From: Lachnospiraceae bacterium
GTDB lineage: Bacteria > Bacillota > Clostridia > Lachnospirales > Lachnospiraceae
Reading direction: 5' to 3'
DNA: 64,000 nt
NCBI GenBank assembly: GCA_016284355.1
Contig: JAEEOQ010000099.1
Span: 181-64,180 of the forward strand
In this document: positions 32,423 through 41,074 of the stretch, piece by piece
How positions within the stretch are numbered: position 1 is the stretch's first letter
How the letters are laid out: the number at the start of each line of letters is the position of its first letter
Notes under the pieces: generated by a model
What the model saw: only the letters and a program-made list of their open reading frames with translations
The model's database searches: none
Told to the model about the DNA's origin: nothing
Translations under genes and position numbers: made by a program

Positions 32423-35403
32423 TAAACTGTCTCCTTTAAAATGTTACTCTGCAAATATCTTAGCAAGTCTTCGCGTACCGGCTGTCTCATTTTCATCTTA
32501 ACCTTTGCAATCGGTTTGAGTTTGCCGTTGTTGTCTTCCTTAGTACTATCAACAGACTCAACAATATCAAACTGACCCATATAGTAAAAGCTCGTCTCAG
32601 CATCACTTTTCTTAACAAGAAGATGTTTTCTCGGTGCCTCTATAACCTTTTTCATATATGGACTGCTATTGTTTTTGCCAATCTGTGAATCCCATCTAAA
32701 AATCTGGTTGTCTTCAAACGCATCGGCGTAATCAGGTTTACCTTCTACGTAGTTTTTGCCTTCTTCAGCCTCTTCTTTGTGGTATGTGATGAAAATAAAT
32801 AAATCATCATTAATCCTACTCATTCCATACATTGTTGAAGAAAGGTCTTTTCCGCAGTTTGTAAGCAAGCTTACATCACGTCTTGAATACTTCTCATATA
32901 AAACAAACGGAGTCTCACTATATCTGCCTGTAGAATACTTGTCTTTATATCTAGCAAGTCCCACATTGATTATATCTTTAATCTGCTCGCTAAATTCAGC
33001 ATGTTGCAAGCATAAAAAGAAGCCATTAAGTCTTTTGATCTCGCCATCTTCTTCATTTTTTATAATATCAATATCCTTAAACTTCTGATACTCTTCATCT
33101 TTACTGGTAAAGAAACCCTGTAAAACTCTGGCAGATTCACTTATCTCAGTATCGGTTATTTTATAGCTAAATCTTTCAAGCAATTCTTTTTGAATATCCG
33201 AAGGCAAAATAAAGTCTTTATCGAGAAGTTCCTGCAATATTACAAGCTCATTTGGTCTCACGCCACTAAGGATAGTTTTGCTGAGATATTCAAGTATTAG
33301 CTTCTCGTGTGAAGTAAGCATGCAGTTATAATTATCTTTTTCAACTGACGTCATAAACTGCCAGTAAGTCTTATATTCTTTGATGATAACAAGCGGATCT
33401 ATCTCGCCTTGCTTATAAAAATCATAAAGAAGAGGTCTTCTTCCAAGCCTGTTCTTCAACGAAACATAACTTTCTTTTATTATTGCTTTGATTCCTTTAA
33501 TTTTATCTATGGAGTGAAAAATCTTATCCTTTGCCACCTCATCAAAATGAACCGTCGATGCCCCCGGAATTGTATTATTACCGGAAATGACATATTTTCT
33601 GATTGTATCAGGATTATATGTCCTGTCACCGGAAAGCGCCACGGGAATCATAAAGTTATTATTATAGTTTCCAATAAAATCAAGTATAACAACAAACTCT
33701 TTTCCTTCAGCTTTTCTGAGTCCTCTTCCGAGCTGCTGAATAAAAACTATAGGAGATTGCGTCGGCCTTAGCATAATAACCTGATTTACTTCAACTATAT
33801 CAATACCCTCGTTTAAAATATCAACTGAGAATATGTAGTCAAGCGGTTGCTTATCAGAAGTTGCATCTTCCTCATTCATAGCAAGGCGCTCAAAAGCCTC
33901 GGCTCTTTCCTTTTCAGAGTTTGCGCCGCTGAGTGCCACTGTTCTATAACCGAGCTTATTGAATTTCTCAGAAAGCTCATTACATTCCTTATTTCTGCTG
34001 CAGAAAATTAAACCCTTTACTCTGTCTCCGCTATAGCCGTAGTATTCAGCCTGTTCAATCACGTGCTTTACTCGCTCATCGCTGGTAAGCATGTTAAAGT
34101 CTTCTTCCGTAATCTTCTTTGCCATAACCTGTTCATCAGTAAGTAAAGAAATGTCACTGATTCCAAAGTAATGGAACGGACAAAGAAGATCTTCTTCCAT
34201 AGCCTGCTGGAGCCTGATTTCATAAGCAATCTGGTAGTTAAACAGCTCATAAACATTCTTGCTGATGTCCCCGTCTTCTCTTTTATCAGGAGTTGCAGTC
34301 ATGCCAAGGAAAAGTTTTGGTGTAAAGTACTCCATAACCTTCTGATAAGTATTTGCCGGACTATGATGTGCTTCATCAAGAACTATGCAGTCAAACTCAT
34401 TAGGACTAAACTTCTTCAGATTCTCCTCTTTATGCAGGGTTTCAACCATGGCAAAAATAAAATCTGCGTCGTATTCAGCCTTGCCATCACCCACAAGTCC
34501 CATAGATTTACTATTATCAAATACATTTTTAAACGATGCCATGGCCTGTCTTGCAAGAGCAGCTCTATGTACCAAAAACAGCACTTTCTTATATCCAAGT
34601 TCCCTAATCGCAAATGCAGAAGCATAGGTCTTTCCAGTGCCTGTTGCAGAAATAAGAAGTGCTCTTGATTCGTTTTTATCAACTATTTTTCTAAGGTTTG
34701 CTATAAACCCAAGCTGCATGGAGTTTGGCTTAAGGGTATACTTAATAAGCGAAGTAACATTTCCCGACTCCGCAATCTTTCTCTGTTTCTTGATAATCTC
34801 GTATTCTTCTTTATATCGATCTATGAACTCCTCATAAGGAACAGCATATTCAGAATTCCAGAACTCGGTAAATTCTCGAACGATCTCTCCTGCGATTTCA
34901 CCCTGTTCTGTTGAGATTATCTTTGTGTTCCACTCTTTATTTGTAGTAAGAGCAGTGCTTGTAATGTTAGAACTACCGATGATTATTCTGTAAAGCTCAT
35001 CACGTCTAAAGATATAGCCCTTTGTATGAAAACCCTCACGAGACTTATTTACATCGTACATTTTGAGGGTGATATTTTTGCGCTCAGCTAACCTCTTAAG
35101 AGCCTTTGGTTCTGAAAAATTAAGATAATTTGTGGTAAGGATTTCGCCCGGTATATTCTTCTCTTCAAGTTCCTTAAGAGTCTGCATAAGCGGCTCAATA
35201 CCATTATCAGTAATAAACGCCACACTGATTTGGAATTTGTCGCATTTTGCCAGTTCTTCCTCAATCTCAGCCAGAACTTTCTTACCCTCACCGGGATTGT
35301 TAGAAAGAAACATAGGCTTATAAGCCGGCATAGCAGCTGCCGCCCCGTCAATGTATGCAGTTGTAAGGCCTTCGTTAAGAAGATTAAGCTTTTCCTCGGT
35401 CAT
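32422..35403 (-). CDS. PLD-nuclease-like / SF2 helicase / DUF3427-type C-terminal domain protein (993 aa)
   Basis: HKD motif (HTKGYIF...IIIGSSNIT). Helicase motifs I (ATGTGKT), II (DEAH), III (TATP) and VI (QQLGRGLR). The C-terminal domain of about 300 aa matches my memory of DUF3427-containing helicases. Confidence 0.8.
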   Translation of the reverse strand: MTEEKLNLLNEGLTTAYIDGAAAAMPAYKPMFLSNNPGEGKKVLAEIEEELAKCDKFQISVAFITDNGIEPLMQTLKELEEKNIPGEILTTNYLNFSEPKALKRLAERKNITLKMYDVNKSREGFHTKGYIFRRDELYRIIIGSSNITSTALTTNKEWNTKIISTEQGEIAGEIVREFTEFWNSEYAVPYEEFIDRYKEEYEIIKKQRKIAESGNVTSLIKYTLKPNSMQLGFIANLRKIVDKNESRALLISATGTGKTYASAFAIRELGYKKVLFLVHRAALARQAMASFKNVFDNSKSMGLVGDGKAEYDADFIFAMVETLHKEENLKKFSPNEFDCIVLDEAHHSPANTYQKVMEYFTPKLFLGMTATPDKREDGDISKNVYELFNYQIAYEIRLQQAMEEDLLCPFHYFGISDISLLTDEQVMAKKITEEDFNMLTSDERVKHVIEQAEYYGYSGDRVKGLIFCSRNKECNELSEKFNKLGYRTVALSGANSEKERAEAFERLAMNEEDATSDKQPLDYIFSVDILNEGIDIVEVNQVIMLRPTQSPIVFIQQLGRGLRKAEGKEFVVILDFIGNYNNNFMIPVALSGDRTYNPDTIRKYVISGNNTIPGASTVHFDEVAKDKIFHSIDKIKGIKAIIKESYVSLKNRLGRRPLLYDFYKQGEIDPLVIIKEYKTYWQFMTSVEKDNYNCMLTSHEKLILEYLSKTILSGVRPNELVILQELLDKDFILPSDIQKELLERFSYKITDTEISESARVLQGFFTSKDEEYQKFKDIDIIKNEEDGEIKRLNGFFLCLQHAEFSEQIKDIINVGLARYKDKYSTGRYSETPFVLYEKYSRRDVSLLTNCGKDLSSTMYGMSRINDDLFIFITYHKEEAEEGKNYVEGKPDYADAFEDNQIFRWDSQIGKNNSSPYMKKVIEAPRKHLLVKKSDAETSFYYMGQFDIVESVDSTKEDNNGKLKPIAKVKMKMRQPVREDLLRYLQSNILKETV

Positions 35404-35441
35404 TTTCTTGCATCCTTTACCAGGTTAAAGTATTACACTTG

Positions 35442-35450
35442 ATTATATCA
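35442..35450 (-). promoter_or_regulatory. Candidate extended -10 promoter (TGATATAAT) for the helicase gene
   Basis: On the minus strand about 39 nt upstream of the ATG at 35403. A TTGACG lies upstream, but the spacer is short. Confidence 0.4.
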
Positions 35451-35622
35451 TTTATGCCAGCGTCAAACAATAAAAACACCACATATAAATCTCAAAAATC
35501 ATTACTATAAATCTTCTTGGCAGCTACTTTAGGAGTACACGATGCACCGGCCCAATCTTTGAAAAGAAGCTTAGAAATGTCCGGATGCAGAGCCACTTTC
35601 AGTTATTCACTTAAACTTTAGC

Positions 35623-35676
35623 AAAAAAGGGCCGGCATTAAGCCGGCCCATCCCGTTAGACATAAATGTCTATTGA
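35623..35676 (-). terminator. Double-hairpin terminator module, copy 1 (downstream of AbiEii)
   Basis: The minus strand has a GGGCCGGC-TTAAT-GCCGGCCC stem followed by TTTTTT. The module also contains AGACAT-AA-ATGTCT. The same module recurs at 37278-37322. Confidence 0.7.
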
Positions 35677-35727
35677 CATTTACCAGTAATAAAAAAAACA
35701 ACTATAAATCATGTATAACAATTGTAG

Positions 35728-36582
35728 CTATACATATTCTACTGTCACTTTTTTTCCAACTTCTCTTACAGCCTTCATAACATCCTCGAAAGAAGTGTCT
35801 GCCGAATAACTATTATTGTTTCTGTAGTTCTCCCAAAGAGACTTTAGAGATAAATCCTGTGACATTTCACTGCAGATTTCCATCCAATCAGCCAATTCTT
35901 CCTCCGATCCACGTTTCCGAGATGTTCTTGTTACCGCAGTTTTAAGGACTTCGTAATCTATCTCATTTTGATAAAGATTAAAGAACATATATAGATCATA
36001 AAAATCTCTTGCCCTGGTTATTCCTATATTCCTTCTGATGATTGTCTCGTATTTTTCAGCAATAATAGTTTCTCTATTATAGGCTTTAACCTCTATCTCA
36101 TCCTTATCGAGAATTGTCTTGTATGAATAATCAATCGCACTTGGAGTAATAATATCTCCGGTAGTTATATCCATTTTCATTTCGTTTGCAATCTTCCCAT
36201 AATGTGCCACAAAAAATACTCTGAAGTTATTGTAATCATCATCTTCCCGTATAGGTCCTGTTTTTGAAAGCTCGAACTCAATCCCGTCACCCACATCAAT
36301 TGAAAGAATTTCGGTTATTATCTTTTGTATCTCATCTTCTTTCATATCAATCCCGGTAACAGTAGTATCCATATCCATAGTAGTTCTCTCCTCAACACCA
36401 AACATGGATGAAATGAGAAGTCCGCCTTTTAATACAAAATTATCTTTGTATTGTGATTTTGCGAGTCTATCCAAAACTCTTTCAAACATATACATTTGAA
36501 GTACTTCTTGTGGCTGAAGGTTCCTTTGGGTAGCAAAGTTTCTAATTTGTCCTTTAAGTTGCTCCGGTGTCCTTACCTTCAT
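35728..36582 (-). CDS. AbiEii/AbiGii-family nucleotidyltransferase toxin (type IV TA / abortive infection)
   Basis: DUF1814-like N-terminal region (NFVLKGGLLISSMFG...RTTMDMDT). It has an ATGA overlap with the upstream AbiEi-like gene. Confidence 0.8.
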   Translation of the reverse strand: MKVRTPEQLKGQIRNFATQRNLQPQEVLQMYMFERVLDRLAKSQYKDNFVLKGGLLISSMFGVEERTTMDMDTTVTGIDMKEDEIQKIITEILSIDVGDGIEFELSKTGPIREDDDYNNFRVFFVAHYGKIANEMKMDITTGDIITPSAIDYSYKTILDKDEIEVKAYNRETIIAEKYETIIRRNIGITRARDFYDLYMFFNLYQNEIDYEVLKTAVTRTSRKRGSEEELADWMEICSEMSQDLSLKSLWENYRNNNSYSADTSFEDVMKAVREVGKKVTVEYV

Positions 36583-37190
36583 TGCAGTACCTCCATGTAG
36601 TTTCTGACTTTGGATTCTATATTAAACTCTTTTGCATACTTAATCATCTTTCGCGGATTACACATACTTTTAAAATATTCCTGAACAGCTTGTATATAAA
36701 TCTGCTTATCAATGTTATCTTTATCTTTTATCAGATCACAGATGCAACGTTCAGGATCATATACTCGTACGTTATATCCCATAGGAGTGGTCACGCTCAT
36801 TATGCCCAAATTCCAAAGTTCTTTCTTGCAATAATGAAACCTCGTATTCTGATATGACTTCTTGATCCTAGAAATATTATCTCCTTGTGGAACTGTAATA
36901 TCTAAAATATGTGGTACACGATCTGACATACCGTGCAAAAAAAGAGCTGTGCCATGTGAATATATCAGTTTCTCAGACCGGTTCTGTATAATCTTATATT
37001 CATCCGGCTCATTTTCGCTCAAAACATAATTACCATGAGATTCTTTCTTAAGTATTCCACTTGTCAGAAGCGCATAAATTTTGATTCGTTCAATACCGGC
37101 ACTCTGAAGGTCAGCAGCGGATATAACTCCCCCATTAGATTCTATTAATATCTTTAGATTTTCATAGCTATAATCCACATCTTTCACCAC
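36579..37190 (-). CDS. AbiEi-family antitoxin / transcriptional regulator
   Basis: N-terminal winged-helix-like segment (GGVISAADLQSAGIERIKIYALLTSGILKKESHGNYVL), paired with AbiEii. The start codon appears to be GTG and is uncertain by a few codons. Confidence 0.75.
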   Translation of the reverse strand: MVKDVDYSYENLKILIESNGGVISAADLQSAGIERIKIYALLTSGILKKESHGNYVLSENEPDEYKIIQNRSEKLIYSHGTALFLHGMSDRVPHILDITVPQGDNISRIKKSYQNTRFHYCKKELWNLGIMSVTTPMGYNVRVYDPERCICDLIKDKDNIDKQIYIQAVQEYFKSMCNPRKMIKYAKEFNIESKVRNYMEVLQ

Positions 37191-37277
37191 CTTTTCATTT
37201 CGTTCTTTAATTGTATCATTTTAAAGAACGTTTTGTAAATACCCTTTTTATTTATCAAAAAGTAAAGAACATATTTC

Positions 37278-37322
37278 AAAAAAGGGCCGGCATTAAGCCG
37301 GCCAGACATAAATGTCTATTGA
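37278..37322 (-). terminator. Double-hairpin terminator module, copy 2 (downstream of the 76-aa Cys-rich gene)
   Basis: Reads AAAAAAGGGCCGGCATTAAGCCGGCC-AGACATAAATGTCTATTGA. It is identical to copy 1 except for a 9-nt insertion in copy 1. Confidence 0.7.
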
Positions 37323-37356
37323 GTTTTATTATATTTTATGCTTTGCCCGAAAAGCC

Positions 37357-37587
37357 TTACTTTTCCTCTTTCGTAAGGCTATTGATCAGTGCTGCAAAGT
37401 CCTCAAAGTACCAGTCTTTTGTTGGCTTTACTCCGCCTGCTGCCCTAAAGAAGCAACCGGGAATCTCGTGATTTTTTAGGTTCTTTTCGATGCAAGGTGT
37501 ACAGCCCATATCGTGATTTGACGGATGATTCGGGCAAGTTGTGGCTGTGCATGTGCAAAAATCAACCGTTAACTTCTGCTCACTCAT
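37357..37587 (-). CDS. Small Cys-rich protein (76 aa), DUF6485-like by recollection
   Basis: Reads CTCTATTCPNHPSNHDMGCTPCIEKNLKNHEIPGCFF. It lies 1 nt downstream of the flavodoxin gene. Confidence 0.5.
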   Translation of the reverse strand: MSEQKLTVDFCTCTATTCPNHPSNHDMGCTPCIEKNLKNHEIPGCFFRAAGGVKPTKDWYFEDFAALINSLTKEEK

Positions 37588-37588
37588 T

Positions 37589-38026
37589 TTATATCTCCTC
37601 TGCGCTATGTATAAGTTTTGCTGTTACGCTGCTTGCACCTTCTACATATGGCGCCAGCTTTTCTGCTGTCTTTCCGATGCCGCTTCCGCCGGATGTAGCA
37701 AATGCTTTTACATTCTTTCCTGTCCAGTCGTATCCCTTGCAGAATGTATAAACCACTCTTGGGGCCTGTCCGTACCAGATTGGGAATCCAATATAAACTG
37801 TGTCATACTGCTCGAAATTATCGACCTTCCCTGCTACAGGCACGTCTTTTCCCGCTATCTGCTCTCTGTTGCATCTTGCGATCGGATTTGTCCATTTGAT
37901 ATCTGCTGCCGTATAAGGCTCAACCGGAACTATCTCAAAAAGATCCGCTCCATTTTTTTGCGCAAACTCCTTTGCCACCTTTGCTGTAGTGCCCTCGGCA
38001 CTGAAAAATGTTACTAATGTGCTCAT
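37589..38026 (-). CDS. Flavodoxin
   Basis: MSTLVTFFSAEGTTAKVA (FMN phosphate-binding loop) and the WYGQAP region. I place the start at ATG 38026, preceded by AGGGAGGAT. Confidence 0.85.
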   Translation of the reverse strand: MSTLVTFFSAEGTTAKVAKEFAQKNGADLFEIVPVEPYTAADIKWTNPIARCNREQIAGKDVPVAGKVDNFEQYDTVYIGFPIWYGQAPRVVYTFCKGYDWTGKNVKAFATSGGSGIGKTAEKLAPYVEGASSVTAKLIHSAEEI

Positions 38027-38117
38027 TTTAATCCTCCCTAGCGTAAATATCTTCCTTGCTTTTATGTATAAACAAAGCATAACATTATTCTACTAAACCG
38101 ACATCCGAATTACAATA

Positions 38118-38144
38118 ACCAAAAGGGTCACAGTCACTTTTGGT
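38118..38144. repeat. Hairpin ACCAAAAG-(GGTCACAGTCA)-CTTTTGGT, related to 32398-32422
   Basis: An 8-bp stem sharing the ACCAAAAG/CTTTTGGT arms. The loop contains GTCACAGTCAC. Confidence 0.45.
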
Positions 38145-38292
38145 CATCCGGTTTATATCTAATTTTGCAACGGTCGTTGCAAAATTTAACTATAACTTTA
38201 TGTGGTTCTCAATATCCTCTATGGATGGCAGATTTTCCATTATTGCAGGATTCATCTTATTAGATACTCTATATCAACAAAAACACCCTCGT

Positions 38293-38847
38293 TTATGGCA
38301 ATCTCTCTATAAGCCTTCCGCCTTCTGTTTTTAGCTGTCTTCTATCTTCCCTGTATGTTGGCTGATATTTTTCTACTTCGCGCCAAAATGCCGCCGAATG
38401 GTTCATGTGTCTTCTGTGGGCAAGTTCGTGCACCACCACATATCTTAAGACATTTTCAGGAAGAAGCATCAAGAGGCAGTTAAAATTCAGGTTGCCTTTT
38501 GCTGAGCAGCTCCCCCACCTGGTCTTTTGGGCACGTATTGAAACAGTCCCGTAAGTGACGCCCATCTTTGCTGCCACTTCTCTGACAAGCCCAGGTATTT
38601 CTTTCCTTGCCTCTGCCTTAAAACGCGCCACCTCGGCACCGGAAAACTTTTGCACCTCCGCAGCCGGCGCCTTCTCCGCGATCTTTTTTCTCGTCTTAAC
38701 TATCCAGTCCATCTTCGAAAAGAGGAAACGCTCCGCCTCAGCCCTGCTGCACCGCATTGGGGCACGCAAAACCACGCTTCCATCCTGCTTTATTGTAATC
38801 CCTATAGTTCTTCTTCTCGATCTAACAAAAGTATATTCAAAATCCAT
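38293..38847 (-). CDS. YgjP-like (DUF45, M48-related) zinc metallopeptidase
   Basis: HEXXH motif in VVHELAHRRHMNHSAAFW. Size and N-terminal region are typical of the YgjP family. Confidence 0.8.
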   Translation of the reverse strand: MDFEYTFVRSRRRTIGITIKQDGSVVLRAPMRCSRAEAERFLFSKMDWIVKTRKKIAEKAPAAEVQKFSGAEVARFKAEARKEIPGLVREVAAKMGVTYGTVSIRAQKTRWGSCSAKGNLNFNCLLMLLPENVLRYVVVHELAHRRHMNHSAAFWREVEKYQPTYREDRRQLKTEGGRLIERLP

Positions 38848-39023
38848 AATTTACTTAACATCTATCCTTTATCTATATCTTCACCTTTCCCTATTCTACT
38901 TTATCCTTCCATAATGTACAACTTTTAATTATATTCCTATATTTAATTTTGGTTTCAGAGGGACAGAATGTAACGCGACCGCGCCAGGTATTTGTTCGAG
39001 ACGAACTCGCTTTTTCGTCGGCT

Positions 39024-39267
39024 TTAGCGGCCTACTAAGCTCAGTTTCACTTCGCTAAGGGGCCACTATGCCTCGCACGTAAGCCTCGTGAAACACTCGG
39101 CAAGTGCTCATGGCTATGCCCCGTGGATGGGAGGGTATCACCACCCCATCCCGAGAGCCGGCGGTAACGCCCGCCGGTTAGCGGCCTACTAAGCTCAGTT
39201 TCACTTCGCCAAGGGTGCGCTATGCCTCGCACGTAAGCCTCGTGAATCACTCGGCAAGTGCTCATGG
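39024..39267. repeat. 90-bp unit present twice with a 154-bp period, in a GC-rich intergenic region
   Basis: Copy 1 (39024-39113) and copy 2 (39178-39267) both begin TTAGCGGCCTACTAAGCTCAGTTTCACTTCGC and end CACTCGGCAAGTGCTCATGG, with a handful of substitutions. Confidence 0.8.
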
Positions 39268-39458
39268 CGAGGTCGAGAGGGGTTAACTCGCCCTAAGAAA
39301 AAGCGATGAGACGAGAAAAATACCGTCCGGCAGGGAGCGTCCCCACCAAAGCCCACGAAAGTAATTTATAATTATTCATTTTCCCTTGTATTTATTACTT
39401 TATTGTGGTAATCTGTTAACGAGGTAAATAATTAAAGTAAAATAAAGGGGGTTTTTCT

Positions 39459-41009
39459 ATGACTATCGCACAGATCGGTATTGTCATCTCTATCCTTGTG
39501 TACCTTTCGGCTATGCTCCTTATGGGTTTTGTCTCCTCAAAGGACACCAACGACGTTAAGGACTTCTACCTTGGCGGAAGAAAGCTAGGTCCTCTTGTTA
39601 CGGCTATGAGCGCCGAAGCATCAGACATGAGCTCATATCTGCTTATGGGTGTTCCGGGTCTTGCCTACCTTACGGGTATTGCAGATGCGGGCTGGACAGC
39701 CGTTGGCCTTATCGCAGGTACATATCTTAACTGGCTCTTTACAGCCAAAAGACTTCGTAATTATACGGAAAAACTTGACGCCATCACTATTCCGGATTAT
39801 TTCAAGAAAAGATTCCGCGACAAGAGCAACATTATCCTTTGCATCGGCGCCGTCTTTATCCTTATTTTCTTCGTGCCATATACGGCTTCGGGTTTTTCTG
39901 CATGTGGAAAGCTTTTTTCATCGCTCTTTGGCGTTAATTATCAACTTGCCATGATCGTATCGGCGGTTATAATCGTGGGTTACACCACCACAGGCGGTTT
40001 CCTTGCCGCATCAAAAACCGACTTTATCCAGTCTATCGTTATGTCCCTTGCCCTCCTTTTTGTACTCGGGTACGGAGTGTACAGTGCAGGCGGCCTTGGG
40101 TCGGTTATGGAAAATGCCAAGGCTCTTCCGGGATTCCTTAACGTAAGCGCCACCTATGATAACGCCGCAAACATAGCAGCCCCTTACGGTCTTTTTAATA
40201 AGATCACCATGTTTTGCTGGGGTCTTGGTTACTTTGGTATGCCACATATCCTGCTTAGATTTATGGCAGTAAGAAAAGCGGGAGAACTTAAGCTTTCAAG
40301 ACGTATTGCTTCCATCTGGGTTGTGTTCTCTCTTGGCATTGCGGTATTTCTTGGTGTGGTTGGAAGAGCTCTTACACAAACAGGCGCTCTTAACAGCCTT
40401 GTAGATGCAACAAACCCGGGCAGTGCTTCAAAGGCAGAAACTCTTATAGTAGTACTTGCACAGCAGATAAGCGAGCACGGTTTTATATTTGCCCTTGTGG
40501 CAGGTCTTGTACTTGCGGGAATCCTTGCTTCCACCATGTCTACCGCAGATTCACAGCTTATTGCCGCTTCTTCTTCTGTATCAGAAAACATCATCCAGGA
40601 GACATTTGGCATAAAGCTTTCAGAAACTGCCGCCATGATAACAGCAAGAGCAACTCTTATAGCAGTTGCGGTATTTGGCGTTATCATCGCCTGGAATCCA
40701 AACAGCTCGATCTTTGGTATCGTATCCTTTGCCTGGGCAGGTTTTGGCGCCGTATTCGGCCCTATTATGATACTTTCCCTTTACTGGAAACGTACCAATA
40801 AATTCGGCGCAGTAGCAGGTATGGTATCCGGCGGACTTATGGTATTTATCTGGAAATATTTTGTAAGACCTCTTGGCGGAGTATGGGATCTTTACGAGCT
40901 TGCTCCTGCGTTTCTTGTGGCTATCATCGTTATAGTGCTTGTAAGCCTTGCCACAAAGCAGCCTGAAAAAGAAGTAACAGATACCTTCGAAGAAGTAAAG
41001 AATATGTAA
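39459..41009 (+). CDS. putP: Sodium/proline symporter (SSS family)
   Basis: About 13 TM segments. The PutP-like N-terminus reads DFYLGGRKLGPLVTAMSAEASDMSSYLLMGVPGLAY. Confidence 0.85.
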   Translation: MTIAQIGIVISILVYLSAMLLMGFVSSKDTNDVKDFYLGGRKLGPLVTAMSAEASDMSSYLLMGVPGLAYLTGIADAGWTAVGLIAGTYLNWLFTAKRLRNYTEKLDAITIPDYFKKRFRDKSNIILCIGAVFILIFFVPYTASGFSACGKLFSSLFGVNYQLAMIVSAVIIVGYTTTGGFLAASKTDFIQSIVMSLALLFVLGYGVYSAGGLGSVMENAKALPGFLNVSATYDNAANIAAPYGLFNKITMFCWGLGYFGMPHILLRFMAVRKAGELKLSRRIASIWVVFSLGIAVFLGVVGRALTQTGALNSLVDATNPGSASKAETLIVVLAQQISEHGFIFALVAGLVLAGILASTMSTADSQLIAASSSVSENIIQETFGIKLSETAAMITARATLIAVAVFGVIIAWNPNSSIFGIVSFAWAGFGAVFGPIMILSLYWKRTNKFGAVAGMVSGGLMVFIWKYFVRPLGGVWDLYELAPAFLVAIIVIVLVSLATKQPEKEVTDTFEEVKNM

Positions 41010-41074
41010 ATTTTTTCCCCGCAGACCTTTTTTGTGTTAGAATATACAAAAATGGGTTTACGGGGAATTTTTTT

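Noticed and set aside
26779-38150. Prophage or integrative element covering the GNAT, helicase and AbiE region
   Set aside because: No integrase, recombinase, transposase, or phage structural or replication genes are visible. The tRNA cluster is 14 kb away, so it is not an adjacent attachment site. Only local repeat-bounded cassettes are supported.
39047-39265. A 72-aa Arg/Gly/Ser/His-rich ORF
   Set aside because: It lies wholly within the duplicated 90-bp units, and its composition reflects GC-rich repeat DNA.
39024-39267. Possible CRISPR array (also considered for the GTCACAAA array at 63761-63949)
   Set aside because: At 39 kb there are only two copies of a 90-bp unit, far longer than CRISPR repeats. 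At 63.8 kb the repeated unit is only 8 bp, in mixed orientation. No cas genes are present in the window.
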